From Chiloscyllium plagiosum (Eukaryota): a stretch of 44,943 bases of DNA. Positions 24,770-38,019 of the stretch are shown one piece after another. The translations under genes and the position numbers were made by a program. The stretch is from the NCBI RefSeq assembly GCF_004010195.1, contig NW_025215310.1:45752-90694 (forward strand), read 5' to 3'. The notes below the pieces were generated by a model. That model did not search any database and was not told where the DNA came from. It saw only the letters and a program-made list of their open reading frames with translations. Each line of letters starts with the position of its first letter. The stretch's first letter is position 1.

Positions 24770-25855
24770 TGTCAGTATGGCTTTGTGCAAGGAAGCTGGT
24801 GTCTTAAACATTTAGTTCAGCTTATGCGGAAGAGACACAAGTGTTTGGTAAGTGTGCAGCTACAGATATTATCCACATAAACTTTCCTAAAATTTGTGAC
24901 GCTGTTTGTCATGATTGGGCGGTCTAGAACGTTAAGTCAAACGGGATCCATGGAACGTTTGCATGATTAAAACAAAATTAACTTAATCATCGAAGAAAGA
25001 TAAGAATATTGGTGGATTTTTGCATAATGGCGAACCCTACCAAATGTTCTAGGGAAATACAGATATATTGGATGGAACACTGTCAAATGGTGGTTAATCT
25101 GTTAATATATTAAATGATGGATCTTGAAGTGGACTAGAAGAAGTCTGTATAAATTAAACACAGGACCATTAGAAGTATTGAAATACAGAAGGATGTTGGG
25201 GTCCAGAAGTGTAAATACTTCAGAGTGGTAACGCAACTGGACAAGGTGGTAAAGGAAACATGCTTGCCTTCATTGGTGGTTGCATAGAGTATAAATGTTG
25301 GAAAGCTGGCAGCCGGATTAAACTTCCTTTCGGCTACATTTGTCTTGTGGGCTTCTGGTCCTGGTACGAGGGATATGGACCTTGGAAAGTTTACTAAGGT
25401 GGTTTCAGGGATTCTGTTGGATTGAACTCTATCACATTTCAGGAGATTTGGGACAATCCGAGATTGTTTTCGCTAGAGCATTGGAAGTTGAGGGCCAATC
25501 TGAGAGAAGTACATAATATTATGCAAGACATTGATCGAATGGGTAGGCAACACCGTTCCCCAGGATGGAAGTATCAAATGGTAAGGGTCGTAGATTTGAG
25601 GTAAAGGCCCGGGGTGAAAATACTAAAGGAGATGCGTGAGGTAGTTTATTTTTCACGCAGATGTTAGCTGCCTCAAATGCACGACCAGAGTGCTTGAGTG
25701 AAGCAAATGAGGTAACAACAGTTAAGTGAGAACTGGATACAAACCTGAGGAGGCAGGGAATAGGGGAATGTTGATCATATGATTCAAGACTAGAATTTAT
25801 TACAATGGCAGCATGGTTGACACAGTCAAGTTGGGTCTGTTGGTCTTCAATGTTA
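24770..25855 (+). mobile_element. Highly decayed CR1 LINE
   Basis: cagtatggctttgtgcaaggaag (QYGF), LFSLEHWKLRANLREVHNIMQDIDR, CR1-type 3' UTR. Confidence 0.75.
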
Positions 25856-26249
25856 TGTGAGAATCAGGGGCTTTATCAGAATCAATGCAAGCATCACTTT
25901 AACGTTCATTATTCGTTTCAGGGCTTTCATTTATCCCAGACCTGTGCGAGTTACAGGGTCTGTGTTAGGTTCATGATTTTGCATTGGACTTTGGCATATA
26001 TTTGTTCTGGATCTGTCTTGATTTCATGGGTTTAATCATTTTCAGCGTCTCTACTACTTTCTGAACACGTATTAGGTTTAAAAGACTCGCAATATTTTTC
26101 ACAGACTATAAAATTCCAGCACCTGCCATGGGATGAGTCAGTATTCCATTCTGTGTCTGCATTACTCTCACAGCTGCAACTTTTAAGAATCATTATCATA
26201 CTTCTTTTTACCGATTTGCAAAGCAATTTGGAGGTAAGACAAAGTAAAC

Positions 26250-27640
26250 AAATGAAGGAATACACGAGTTGGGTGTATGAAGGTAAATAATTCATTATGG
26301 TTAATAATCTCTCTGCTCGGCAAAGTATTGGAGACGATTTTGAGAGGATTTATGATTACTTGGAAAACCATATTTGGTTCGATATCGCCAGTTTGAATTT
26401 GGGAGGTGCACATCATGCCTCAAAAGCCTGACTGAATAGTTTGATAATGTAAAAAAATAATTGATTATGGTGGAACAGTGGATGTGGCGAACATGAATTT
26501 TAGCAAGTCATTTGCGAAGTTTCCACATGGAATGCTTATTTAGACAGTAATGAGGCATGAGCTTCAGTGAAGTCAGGCAGCATGGATACAGATTGGCTTG
26601 CCCAAAGACGGCAGAGGTTGGTGTGGATGGAATACGTTCAGACTAAGACTCGGTGACCAGCGGTGTTCCACAGGGAGAAATTCTGGAACCTCTGCTCTTT
26701 GTGATTTTTAGGAAACATTTGGATAAGGAAGTGAAAGGGTGGGTTAGTAAATTTCCTGTTGACACGAAGTTTTGTGGAGTTGTGTACAGTGTGAAGTTTT
26801 ACTCTCGGTTGCAGCGGGTCATTAGCCGAATGCTGATAACAGGCAGAAGATTTCCAACCTGAAAAATTGCGAAGTGTTTCACTTTGGATGTTCTAATTTG
26901 AATGCAGAGACAGGATTAAAGACAGAATGCTTGCGGTGAGGAGGGGCAGAGGGATCTTAGGGCCTGAGCCCACAGATGCCTTAAATTACCACTCAAGTCA
27001 ACATTATTGTTGAGAAGGCATATGATGTTTTGGCTTTTACGAGCGGTGGGCTTGTGTTGAAGAGCTGCGAATTTATGCTGCAGCTCTAAAAAACCCGATG
27101 AGACTATGCTTGGACTATTGTTTTCAATTCTGTCCGCCTTAATACAGGAAAAATGTGGAAACTTGAGTAAGAAAGTGCAGAGAAGGTTTACGAGTTTGTT
27201 CTGGGACTGGAGGGCGGGTCTTATGGAGAAAGTTAAAGGATCTAGGGCTATTTTCATTGGAGTGAAGAAGGAAATGTAATGTCTTCATAGAGGTAGACAA
27301 GATGATGAGGCACATTGACAGAAGGGATAGACAGATACCTGACTATGGTGGAAATATCTACTGAAAGGGGATATAAATTTAAGGTGATTGGAGGAAGATT
27401 TATGGGAGATGTCGGAGGTCAACTTTTTGTTTCACAGAGAGTGATGGCTGCGTGGAATGCACTGTCAGCAGTGGTAGTAGGATTAGATACATTTAGGGCA
27501 TTTAAGCAACTCTTGGACAGGTACATAGAAGATAGTACAATGAAACATACTAATTTAGTCTAAACTGAGACGAGGATTAAAGCTCGCTACAACATTGTGG
27601 GGCGAAAGAACATTACTATTGTCTACCGTTTTCAGTTCGA
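26250..27640 (+). mobile_element. Decayed CR1 LINE (RT to 3' end)
   Basis: TSGVPQGEILEPLLFVIF...VSKFPVDTK; RGYKFKVIGGRF...QRVMAAWNAL...FKQLLD. Confidence 0.9.
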
Positions 27641-28606
27641 CAACAGACATTAGCGACTCTGTGTGCCATCTAGAGATTGACTTGATGACATGTTCAGTGA
27701 ATCATTACAGTTGAGAGGAGACATCTTAGATAATGCATTATTAAAACGAAACAATCAGAACTTTTATTCGCCAATGCTCAGTGCTTTATATATTTTCATG
27801 TGAAGGTTGAAGGTTTAACGAGTTAACATTTTGTTTATAATAACAAATCAAACAAGCCAGGGTTGGGAATATATATGCAATAAATGAAGAATGAAATGTA
27901 AAGTGCCTATCTCAGGAATTACCCTGTAGAAAATGGGTATTGCGTGGGGGTGCAGAAATGTACACAATGAAGTAGTGTGTGTCCTTGTTCAATAAGATTG
28001 CTTGCATTAAACACCAGAGAGCTAAAATAGAGTTGATGGGAAACATATAGATTAAAAAATCGAAACAATCCATACCACAGCCAAAAAGGCCTCATGATCC
28101 ACAATGTCAGGATGGTAAAAACATACACCAAACCAACTCTGCAGCCTTGCACATCTTTGCATTCCAAGTGTCCATCTAAATATATGCTTCTCAATTGAAT
28201 TTCTCAAACTTTGCAAACGTTACAGAAAAAGGGATTTCACTGTATTTTCGTCATATGTTTGCTTACATTATTCAGTATAACACTTATAGTTATAATGATA
28301 GCATTTGGAATCTTTTGAGACACCAAGTGTTCCAGCGGTCATGCTTGTCTGCTAATGAAATGCTCGTGACTGTCATTCCTCAGAGTGTTGGAGGACGCAA
28401 TTCTAACCAGAAAGCATTGGAAATACCGAGCAGTTCTGAAATTGCATTAGGGTGGGAAAGGGAATTACTGTTTTGCTTTGGATATGCTTCCTCTTCCTAA
28501 ACTTGAAAATAATGATTTGCGGACTCCAGCATGTTTTTCCGTCAGTTCAATACAGAGAGATTGTCACGAGGGTGCAGGCGACTTCACTCAGAAAGTGCAT
28601 CAATCA

Positions 28607-28661
28607 ATGGACAACATAAGAAAAATATACTACACCATATTGGCTATCATTGGTGTTCCAA
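28607..28661 (+). CDS. Probable exon 1 of GPR139/GPR142-like GPCR (N-terminus and first half of TM1); splice donor non-canonical
   Basis: MDNIRKIYYTILAIIGVP followed by a|ATAAGT. Joining in phase 1 to 30275 gives ...IIGVP-I-NLVAIAILSRGRCG, the family's typical TM1. The start could alternatively be the GTG at 28595 or the ATG at 28484. Confidence 0.75.
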
Positions 28662-29814
28662 ATAAGTGATTGTAAACTTTTCCAATGTTATAGATCTGAG
28701 GATTATTTTCTCCCAGTTAGTTGTACAATTGGTTTACAGTACACATTCATGCCAACAGCGAATGTTCAGTTCCATGAAACTTGCCATGTTGGTCCTTATT
28801 CTCAAGTTCTCACCTTGACTGAAGTTTGGTATTATTAGCCTTAAGCAACCACTTGTGACCTTTGAATGCAATGTCGTAAGGTCTTTTGAGATGTTCATTA
28901 CTTACGTGTGAGGGATCTGCATGCAGATTTCCCGCTTTCACCACGGTATTAGACATGTTTCTCCGGTTCTGATTATTATTTAAAAAATTAAGTTCAAATG
29001 GTAATTTCTGTAATTCAGAAGACTTGATTGGCTTCTGAGTATTCATTCCATTGGGTGATCAATAGTTAGACATGTATTTGCAGATCAGGCCGTCGAGTAA
29101 TTCGTAAAAAATGTCTACACTTTCCGATTTCGGGTATTTATAATCTCACCAATTGGTTAATTCTGTTCCATGTTATGAATGGTGGAACATTTTGCAGAAT
29201 GGTCTACTCTCTGTTCGTCCGTTTAGATTTCTGCACAGCTAAGCTTATCCCTTCATAAATCAATGTGCAATAACCTAGAGCACAAAGAGGAGCTATGCCC
29301 AATGGAAATTTGATGTCAAAACAAAAGGACACTAGCAACACCAACATAAAATAATATCATGGACACACTGAACAGGTCTGGCTGCATCTGTATTAAGGTT
29401 AATCATGTATAAGCAAATAAATCAACGTGGAAATTGGATTAATGCTCATTACTTGGTGCAGGTTTGGGAAATTAAAAGAATTAAATAGAAAAGTGAAAAA
29501 AAAGAGAGAAAGAGAAGCATTACTGATAAGAGGAGCGGGAATAAAATGTTTTATTCGTGAACCGAGAATTAGACGTACAGTCACGGAGACCTAGCGCATA
29601 TAAAAAGGCTATTTGTCCCATCATATCAGTGCCACCCAGCAACAACTTTCTCACTCCTCTAATCTCATTTTCTTGCCATTAGCCAAGAGACCACGAGCAA
29701 AAATATGTAAACATTTGAAAATAGCCCACTGTGCTGCCAGAAGAAAAAGGCCATTGAAAAGCAAACATAATGTTGTGGACATGGGAAATCAACATGAAGG
29801 AGATGCAACAAAAC

Positions 29815-29915
29815 CACGCAAAACAGAAAACGTCAGAAAAGCACGGCAAGTCTTGCAGAATCTGTACAGACAAATCACAGTTAATGTTTCTGATTCAGTA
29901 ACACTGACTCAGAAC
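29815..29915 (-). mobile_element. Short Penelope-type terminal fragment in the GPCR intron
   Basis: aaaacagaaaacgtcagaaaagcacggcaagtcttgcagaatctg...agttaatgtttc...cagaact; the minus strand has a degenerate CTGA...GAAAC core. A similar piece lies at ~17280-17350. Confidence 0.5.
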
Positions 29916-30274
29916 TAATCCAAGGAGAGTGTGTGCTCCTTCTCCTGACCTAGCATGACATCACACCCTCAGACCAATCCAGCACCCCAAAGTGGATCTT
30001 TCCCACATAAGTTGCAGTGCTTGCCTATCAACCTTCTCCCTCATCTTCCATCTATCTATATTACAGCCTTGAGTACTCAATATTCGATTTTAAAATTTAA
30101 GAATATGAATTCAGACCTGCAAGCACAGAGTATCTATCTCCTTCTCGCCTAACAGTAGAAATCCCATCACATTTTTTCGCTGCCTCGTTCGGCAACATCT
30201 CCATGCAATGTATGAACTGAATCCATACAGTTTGGAAACAGACCATTTCAATTCCAATTCTTTTTTTTTTGCAG

Positions 30275-31176
30275 TAAACCTGGTGGCAATTGCTATCCTA
30301 TCCCGGGGAAGGTGCGGCATCTCAGCCTGCACCACTGGCTACTTGGTAGCCATGGCAGCAGCTGATCTAATGGTCATCATTGCAGAAGTCGTGCTGGGGC
30401 AATTCAGGTATTATTACTTCCCATTAGGTTTTCTCGACATCACTCCAGTGTGCAGTGTGACCTATTTCTTGGCTCGTGCAGCTGCCGATTGTTCCATCTG
30501 GTATACTGTGACTTTAACATTTGATCGATTTGTCCTCATTTGTTGCCAGAATCTGAAAACAAAATATTACACCAACAAAACTGCAGGCGTGGTTTTAGCT
30601 ACAACCAGCCTTCTGCTTTGTTCCAAAAACGTTCCATTCTACTGTGCATATGAACCTGGAATGATCATTGACAACGTACCATGGTATTGTCACACGAAAC
30701 CAAGCTATTACTCTGATCCTGCATGGTTGGGATTTGACTGGCTCGATACAGTTTTAACGCCATTGCTCCCATTCACTTTAATTCTCCTGCTTAACGCTCT
30801 GAGAGTCCAATACATTTTAATGTATAGTCGAGTGCGCAAGTGTTTGAAGGTTCACGGCAAGGGAAGAGACATAGAAATGGAAAGCCGAAAGAAATCAGCA
30901 ATTTTACTGTTTACTATATCGGGAAGCTTTATACTTCTATGGCTAAACCGTGTTATATATTTCATATGCTACAGAATTACAGGAACTGATCCTTTGAATT
31001 ACAACAGTTCATCGTATGTCTTTGGAGAAATTGGATTGATGCTGAGAAATTTAAGTTGCTGCACAAATACAGTAATTTATGGAGTGACCCAGGCTAAGTT
31101 CAGGGAACAGCTCAAGATTGCAGTGAAGTATCTGTATACAACAATAATTCAATTTCTCACTAAACAGCACAATTGA
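30275..31176 (+). CDS. Exon 2 of rhodopsin-class GPCR, GPR139/GPR142-like (chondrichthyan-expanded family); possibly an incipient pseudogene
   Basis: Acceptor tttttttttt-gcag at 30261-30274. Uninterrupted ORF with YLVAMAAADL (TM2), TFDRFVLICC (DRY-like), TPLLPF...LN (TM5), SGSFILLW (TM6), LSCCTNTVIY (TM7), KFREQL (helix 8). Confidence 0.93.
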
Positions 31177-32799
31177 AATCAGTGGAAACGTGGTTCATAA
31201 TTACGATGTGCTTCGTAGTGCAGCAATACCGTAGAAAGTTGAATGGTGGAAAGGTATGAGTGACGAGATTTCTACATCCTAAACTCATACATTTGAGGGT
31301 GAACAATATGTCTATCCTTAACACTCAGCAACGCCGTCGAGGTTTCACGCATGTGCTGTCCTTCCTTTGCACTCAGCTTGCAACAGCCTCAGGGGACTAA
31401 AGAATATAATCCTTTTACCTTCAGTCTGTTTCACACTTTCTCCTCCCTGTGCTCTGATATCGTTGACTTGAAAGCCTTTGTTACTACACCAAATCTTTGC
31501 AACGCTCAATGTCTTGCAATATTTAAAAAAAAGTGAAACATTTCCAGTCATCATCCGACATTTAAGATCTTGCAAAACTCTCTATCTCTGTATAGCTGAC
31601 ATTTCGAAAATGGTATCCACATTTACGTCCTCCAGCACTGACAATCACCCCTCCAATATCCCCGACTGTTTCCTGTTTCATTTAACACCTTCAAGTAATG
31701 CAAATCTTTCAGTTTCTTAGTCGTGTCCATCTCTTAACAATATATGTCGCAGTAACAATGAGAAATTCCTGCAAAAAATGGCTTTCAGGGACATTGCAAC
31801 ATCAAAAGACACACAAAGACTCTAACACCAGAGAAAATATTGCCACCTTGTGGTGGCCCACAAATTCCGTAGTCTCATCGACTCCAAATATCCTTCACTA
31901 TCTGTCTTACTCTTCCAGAACCTGTACCCTTTCCAATCAATCTCACCTCTTCCAGCTCACTTTCGAATCCATTTCTGTAAAACCACGATAGATTTCTCTG
32001 TATCTCTCTAAATTTCTGAAATCTCATTGTGTCCCGAAAACACTCGCTGTTTCTTTGTTGCATGCTCCAGTCGCTACACTCAGTTTGCTGACTGTCATAT
32101 TTTACGGCTCTGCAACTCTGAGTCTCTCTGTGTTATACATTGCAATCAACCAACCTTCCTTTTTTTCATCTTGTAAAACAGTGTACATCCTCATTCCATA
32201 TGAAACCTTACATGGACACAGCAATGTTCCCATTCAATGTATTCGTCTCCTAAGTTTCTCCAACCTTCCTCCTCTTTGTAACCTCTGCCGACAATGCAAC
32301 CCACCTTCTATCTTTGATATAACTCATCCCTTCAACATCACATTTCTTTCAACTATGCTGGATCCTTAATGTTCCTGAGTTAACTCGACACCGTTATTTT
32401 TTGAGTCCTTTAATGCTTAATATATTCACAATTGGTGGACATGTGAGCTCAGGTAACTAAGAAGTTCCTTCCAACAAGTATCAGCGAGTCACAGATCCAC
32501 AAAACACAGAAACAGCACTTTGGAAGTTTCTCATCCTGACCACAGGTTGGGGGAGATTGAAAAAAATGAAGCAGGGAATAACCTTCAAATCACTTAGAGC
32601 TGTCAACTTCTTAAGAATCTGCAGAAAGTAACACATCGTGAACTAATATCTTTCTTTATCTGGATATAGAGGCCAAAGACCTTCAACACTGTAAAACAAA
32701 TGGACAATTAGCTCTGCACTGATGGAATGCAATTACGACACGACTCGAATGCAATTCTCAGCCCCTTGGCACTGCAAATAACGCTCTAAATACTTATTC

Positions 32800-33400
32800 A
32801 ATGTTGCGAGGTTTTCTACCCCCAGCTGCCATACAAGCATTAAATTATTTTCCCACCACCCTTCAAATGAAATTGTATTTCCTCAAATCTTCTATAAACT
32901 TGCAACAGCTTTCGTAAAATGTATGCACCTCTGTCATTAATCCTTTGGCGGACATATTTCGTCATCTCCACGCTATCTTTACATCTCCAAATTTTCTTCA
33001 CCACAATAGTGCCCCTTTTCATTGTTGCCTGTTCTGGTGTGAACCAAAAACAGTGTTTCCATTTTCACTTCACAACTGGAACTATCCATCCCGGTTATAG
33101 TTTTTCAAAATATCCTCTACGTCGTCTCCAGTGCACTCACACACATCCTGCAACATAGATTCTGGGACTGCACATAATATTCGAATTATGGCCTAACTAA
33201 CATTTTCTACATTCGCGGAATTGCCTCTCGGCTCTTCAACTATCTATTAAAGGATAGGCCTCCATATGTCTTCTTACCTGATACATTAAGAAAATTATAT
33301 GCATGCATATCAGAGTCTGTCGGCTCTTTCGTGCGCCCATGGTCCGACCCGTCATGATGTATTCCCTGGTAATTTTTTCCTGCCCAAGCACACCATCCAA
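32800..33400 (-). mobile_element. Decayed CR1 LINE fragment
   Basis: ctgcacataatattcgaattatggcctaac (reverse complement of LVRPxxEYxVQ); ORF remnant MTGRTMG...ICMH. Confidence 0.6.
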
Positions 33401-34539
33401 CAGTGAAAGAGATTCTTCGTGCTGACTGATCAGTGATGCTGAGGAAAGACGGACCTTTATGGATGAAGGTATTTCGATTTGATGGAATTTAACTGACACT
33501 ACAAGAGATGTCGCCTGACTCTCGTTTCGGAGCATCAGTGCACATTACCAAACTAAATAATAAAAACTGTAAATTACATTAAACCGAAAATGACATTGAT
33601 ATCTTTGCACACCTTCCAGGAGGTACTGGAATCAACAATGTAATTACAATGTAATAGACGAGAACAGCCCCACTCAAAATATGTCAAATGAATACCATAG
33701 ACAGTTAGTTTTCTAATCTTGAAGTCAAGCACCAGGTGTTGCGTTGACATGAAATTTGATTGTGCAAAACAATCAAGCATGAAGGAAAATACGCGCTATT
33801 CATGTCCTACCTTTAATGCAAAGACAAAACCAAAGGAAACAAAAAGGATTGGATTATCTACTGAAATATTTTGCAAAATACTAAACAGCTGTTAAATATC
33901 TGCTCCAGTATAGTAACATTTCTCTGCAATGGCACAGTCAGTAAAACAGATCGCATCAAATATATCTCTAGCAACATTATGAGAACCCCAGCTTTTAGCT
34001 GGTCGAAACAGAGCTTCCACTTCCAGCGCACAAGTGCCCAGTGCTGCGACTGGAAGCTAACCTAAAAATCCTGAAGATCGCGAAGCATGGTCTAATGCAT
34101 TCTGCTTACTTTAGTTATTCCAGTTATGAAAAGGATAAAGAACCAAACACTCACAAGTTGCTGAATTAATTGACTTGAAGCAGAGTGCTCGATGTTTTCA
34201 ACTACGCTTTATTAAGAAACATACAGCGCTTAAAGCCATAGTACATTCATGCTTCCTTCGTTGAAAACAAAGATTGCTTCACTTTCTAAGCAAAATCGGT
34301 CTGCCATTTTTAGAACCTGACAATACATGCACATTATATTGACGGTAGGCATGCGAATGAAGTGGGATGGGGGTTCTGGTTAGCTCCTGGAAAGCTAGTT
34401 TGCAACATAGAGTTAAAATGGCAGTAAAGTTTCTATTCCTTTATTCGTTGAGATTACCTTTAAGCTCTGCCTTCTGATGCTCACCCCTTGCCTGAGACTT
34501 GGTGACTTTCAGACTAACATTGCCATCAATTGTCCTGAA

Positions 34540-36180
34540 ACAACCGTGCTTTCAGGTACAATGGTGACATTTAAGATACATTTTGATAAGTACATGAATG
34601 GTGAAGTTTTCAAATGATGTGGGCCAAACGCAGGTAGGTGGGACTAGTTTAGTTTGGGAACACGTTTGACGGGGATTAGTTGAACAAAAGGATCTGTTTC
34701 CATGTTATATGACTCTATGTCATTACACCGGACTAGTCACAATCTGCCAATACAAGGACGATCCACTTCTGCTTACTTTCTGTCAGACAACTGAGAGACC
34801 ATGTCACTGCATTACTTCCAATCCCATGAGCTGTAACATGGTAACTAATCTCCTGTGCAGAACTTCAACAAAAAAACCTTCAGAAATTCAAAATGTACAA
34901 TGTCCATTCTGCCAAAAAAACTTCCAAAATTGAAAATCGGTGATGGACATTCAGACTATCAGTATGAATTTGACTAATCACCTAATTCAGTCCCCTGTTT
35001 TGATTTTTCCCCCATACCTTTTGATCTTGTCAGACTGAAGGTCTATATCCAACTCCTTCTTTAAAACATCCAATATTTTGTTCTCAACTACTTTCTGTAA
35101 CAGAAAATTCCATAGGCTCACCACTCTCTGGGCAAAGACAATTGTTCTTACCTCTGTCCTCAATGACCCACCCCATATCCTTATACTCTGACCTCTGGCT
35201 CTGTACTTCCCAGTCGTGAGGAGCACCCATCATTAGTAATCATCATTCTTCTAAACTCCAGTGAATATAATCCTAGCCAATTAAGTCCAACCACTTCAGG
35301 AATCAGACTGGGGAAACAGATTTGTTAATGATGCTTTCCCATTTTCAAATCCATGCTGACAACATTGATTCAGATCATCATTTCCCAACTGCCCGTTTAT
35401 GCAGATTGCTCATCATCAGTATAAATCTAAATTTTCAACTCTTCAGAATAGATTCCATAAGCCGAATAAAAGGGTCGCTCAATTAAATGAGTATTGAAGC
35501 AGGTCGTTTACAAACTGTGGATACCCAACCTAGTTTAGGTGCCAGAGAAGCAGATGTGTCAAAATGAGAAATAACATCACATTTATCTGACAATATTTGA
35601 ACTTTAAGCAGGTTTAGAAATAATAATAAATAAAACTCATTTCCATTGAGACAATCATGGTGAATGATAAGAAGACGAAGGAAAGAAAAGTCCTTCAGCA
35701 AACCTTATGACCTTAATACAAACATGAGATGTAGGAGCTGAAGATAATCAATCAGCTCATTGAGTCTTCTCCTCCATTAAATGAGATCCCAGTTTGATCT
35801 GAAAATCCATAACTTCACTTTCCTGTCTTATTCCCATAATCCTTGATCCCTGATCTGCTTAAAAATATGCAATTCCTCTGATTCAGGAATCCAAACCATG
35901 CGATCTTAGTCAAAGAATTAATGGTCAGCCATTCTCCAATGAACTGGGGAGAAACAACTTCAATCAATACAGTGAGAAACATTGGAGTTCACGATTTCAG
36001 AGAGCTGAAGATGCTCAGTTATTGATTATGTTCAAGGCAGAGTTTGACAGATTATTAGATACTTAGGGAAGTAATGGGATTGAAGGATCGGACACTAAAC
36101 TGCAATTTTTAAGACCAGATCCTGTTGATGGCAAGAGAGGCACTCGGATCTTAATGTCTTCCTGCTTCTATCTCTTACAA
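34540..36180. mobile_element. Cluster of short CR1 3'-end fragments on both strands (~34540-34720 +, ~34975-35300 -, ~35720-35870 -, ~35990-36180 +)
   Basis: For example RARGQSIRIWGGSLRTEVR...QRVVSLWNFL...LKKELD at 34987-35226 (-); CR1-type 3' UTRs elsewhere. Confidence 0.7.
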
Positions 36181-36229
36181 ATGTAGTAAATTGAGAAATT
36201 TGCGTGATGGAATGAACCTTATACTATTG

Positions 36230-37400
36230 AACAGCTTAGCTCTTCCCGTAACCACCTGCACTACACCTCCTCCCACCCAATACCCTACAAGAACACCATC
36301 CCATTTTCCCAACTCCTCTGCCTCCACCGTGTCTACTCAGACAAGGAGACATTTCACTCACAAGCATCCCAGATGTCCACCTATTTAAAACAATGCGTTT
36401 TCCCCCCTCTGTCATCGAGACAGCCCTTCATCACACCTCAACCATTCTCCATTCCACCGCTCGAAACAACCCCGCTTTCCAAACTCAATAAAGACTGAGT
36501 CCCCTTGTCCTCTGCTACCACCATACCAGTTTCCACATTCACCTTATCATCCTTAATCCTTCTACCAACACCAAAAATAACTCATCACCAAGAATATCTT
36601 CCCCTCCCGCCTCCATTGGCAATAACAATTCCCTTCGTCAAGCCTTGATTTGCACCATTCTCCCCATCAACAACCCGAACCCTGGCAACCGTAAAAGATG
36701 CAAAGCCTCCCACACCTCTCTCTCCAGGGCCTCAAACAGTCCTTCCAGGTGTGACAGAGGTTCATTTGCCTCTTCTGCAATCTCATTTGCCGTCATCAGT
36801 GCTCCTGAAATGGTCTTCTCTGTATTGGACAGAGCAAAGTTAAACTCAGGGCGGGAACATCTCAGCCGGACTTGCAAGAGTCGACTTGACACCCTAGTCA
36901 CCATCCATTTTAGTTCCCCTCCCACTCCTCCAACAAGACCATCCTCAGCCTCTTCCATTGCCGCAGTGAATCAGACCTCAAATTGGAGGAACAACAATCT
37001 TCCACCTGGGCAGCCTACAGCCCGGACAACATAACATTGAGTTCTCTAATTTCAAATAACCTTCCTAACCATCCACCGACTTCTTCTCTAGCCCATCCTC
37101 TTCCCTTCCATTCCTCTGATCGATCCTTCCTTCCAACTACCAACTGGAATCAGTCTTTGCATCGACCAAGCAGGTCATATATTTTACCTGTGTTCGCCCA
37201 TACCCACCTCACGACTGTTCTGCTCTCCCCATCCAATACCCTTTCCCACCCCCTTTTGTCTGCAGCTCCTCTTATAGTCACACCTAGCCCTGAAGGAGGT
37301 TTACATACAAAATCACTTCTTGATTCTACCTGTCTTGCTGTGTTCTTTCAGTCTCCTGTTTGTCTACCTTGGATTCTAGCATCTGCAGTCGTTTTTTGTC
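36230..37400 (+). mobile_element. Penelope-like element 3' portion (RT thumb, GIY-YIG, pLTR)
   Basis: aagaacaccatcccattttcccaactcctctgcctccac (NTIPFSQLLCLH, cf. IPFSQFLRL), NRKRCK, tgtattggacag (YIG-like), degenerate CTGAAGG...aaaa terminus; homologous to the 18.3-21.7 kb element. Confidence 0.85.
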
Positions 37401-37622
37401 TCGAACTCTTCCCGTCATCCCTGAAGTTTGAGTTGCTTTTATTCAGATCTAGGTTTACAGTATTACTGTATATAACTGATCCCAAAATGAAAATTGGATT
37501 GATTGACCAGAAGTTTTAGATTAACAATTTGATTGCCATGATATTTCATATGTGAATATGTTCTCAAAAGGCTGCCGAAATGCTTTAAATAAAGGAAGAT
37601 CAAAATTTATCAGACAAATTAT

Positions 37623-37972
37623 CAGCATGGTGGCTCAGTGGTTAGCACTGCTGCCTCACAATGACAGGGATCCAGTTTTGAATCCATTCTTGACGAATAT
37701 TTGTGTGGAATTTGCACATTCTCCACGTGTCTGCGTGGGTTTGCTGCAGGTGCTCCGGTTTCCACCCACATTCCAAAGGTGCGTAAGTTACGTGGATTGG
37801 CCATGCGAAATTGCCCATAATGTCCAGAGTTGTGTAGCTTAGATGCGTTAGCTAAAGGATTACGAGGATTACCATATGCATGATTGCAGGGGTAGGGTGT
37901 TGGGATTCTCTTTGCGTGGACTCATTGGGCTGATTGGCCTGATTCCACATGGTAGGAATTCTGTTCTATTCT
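37623..37972 (+). mobile_element. HE1/V-SINE-type SINE
   Basis: cagcatggtggctcagtggttagcactgctgcctcaca...tgtgtggaatttgcacattctc...; tail gaattctgttctattct. Confidence 0.88.
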
Positions 37973-38019
37973 CAAAAAAGATCAACAAAAACACAAACTA
38001 TCTTACATCATATAGGAAG

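Noticed and set aside
33420..33540. CTGATG...GAAAC motif on the minus strand as a possible hammerhead
   Set aside because: It lacks the full CUGANGA core and a stem II, and has no Penelope context.
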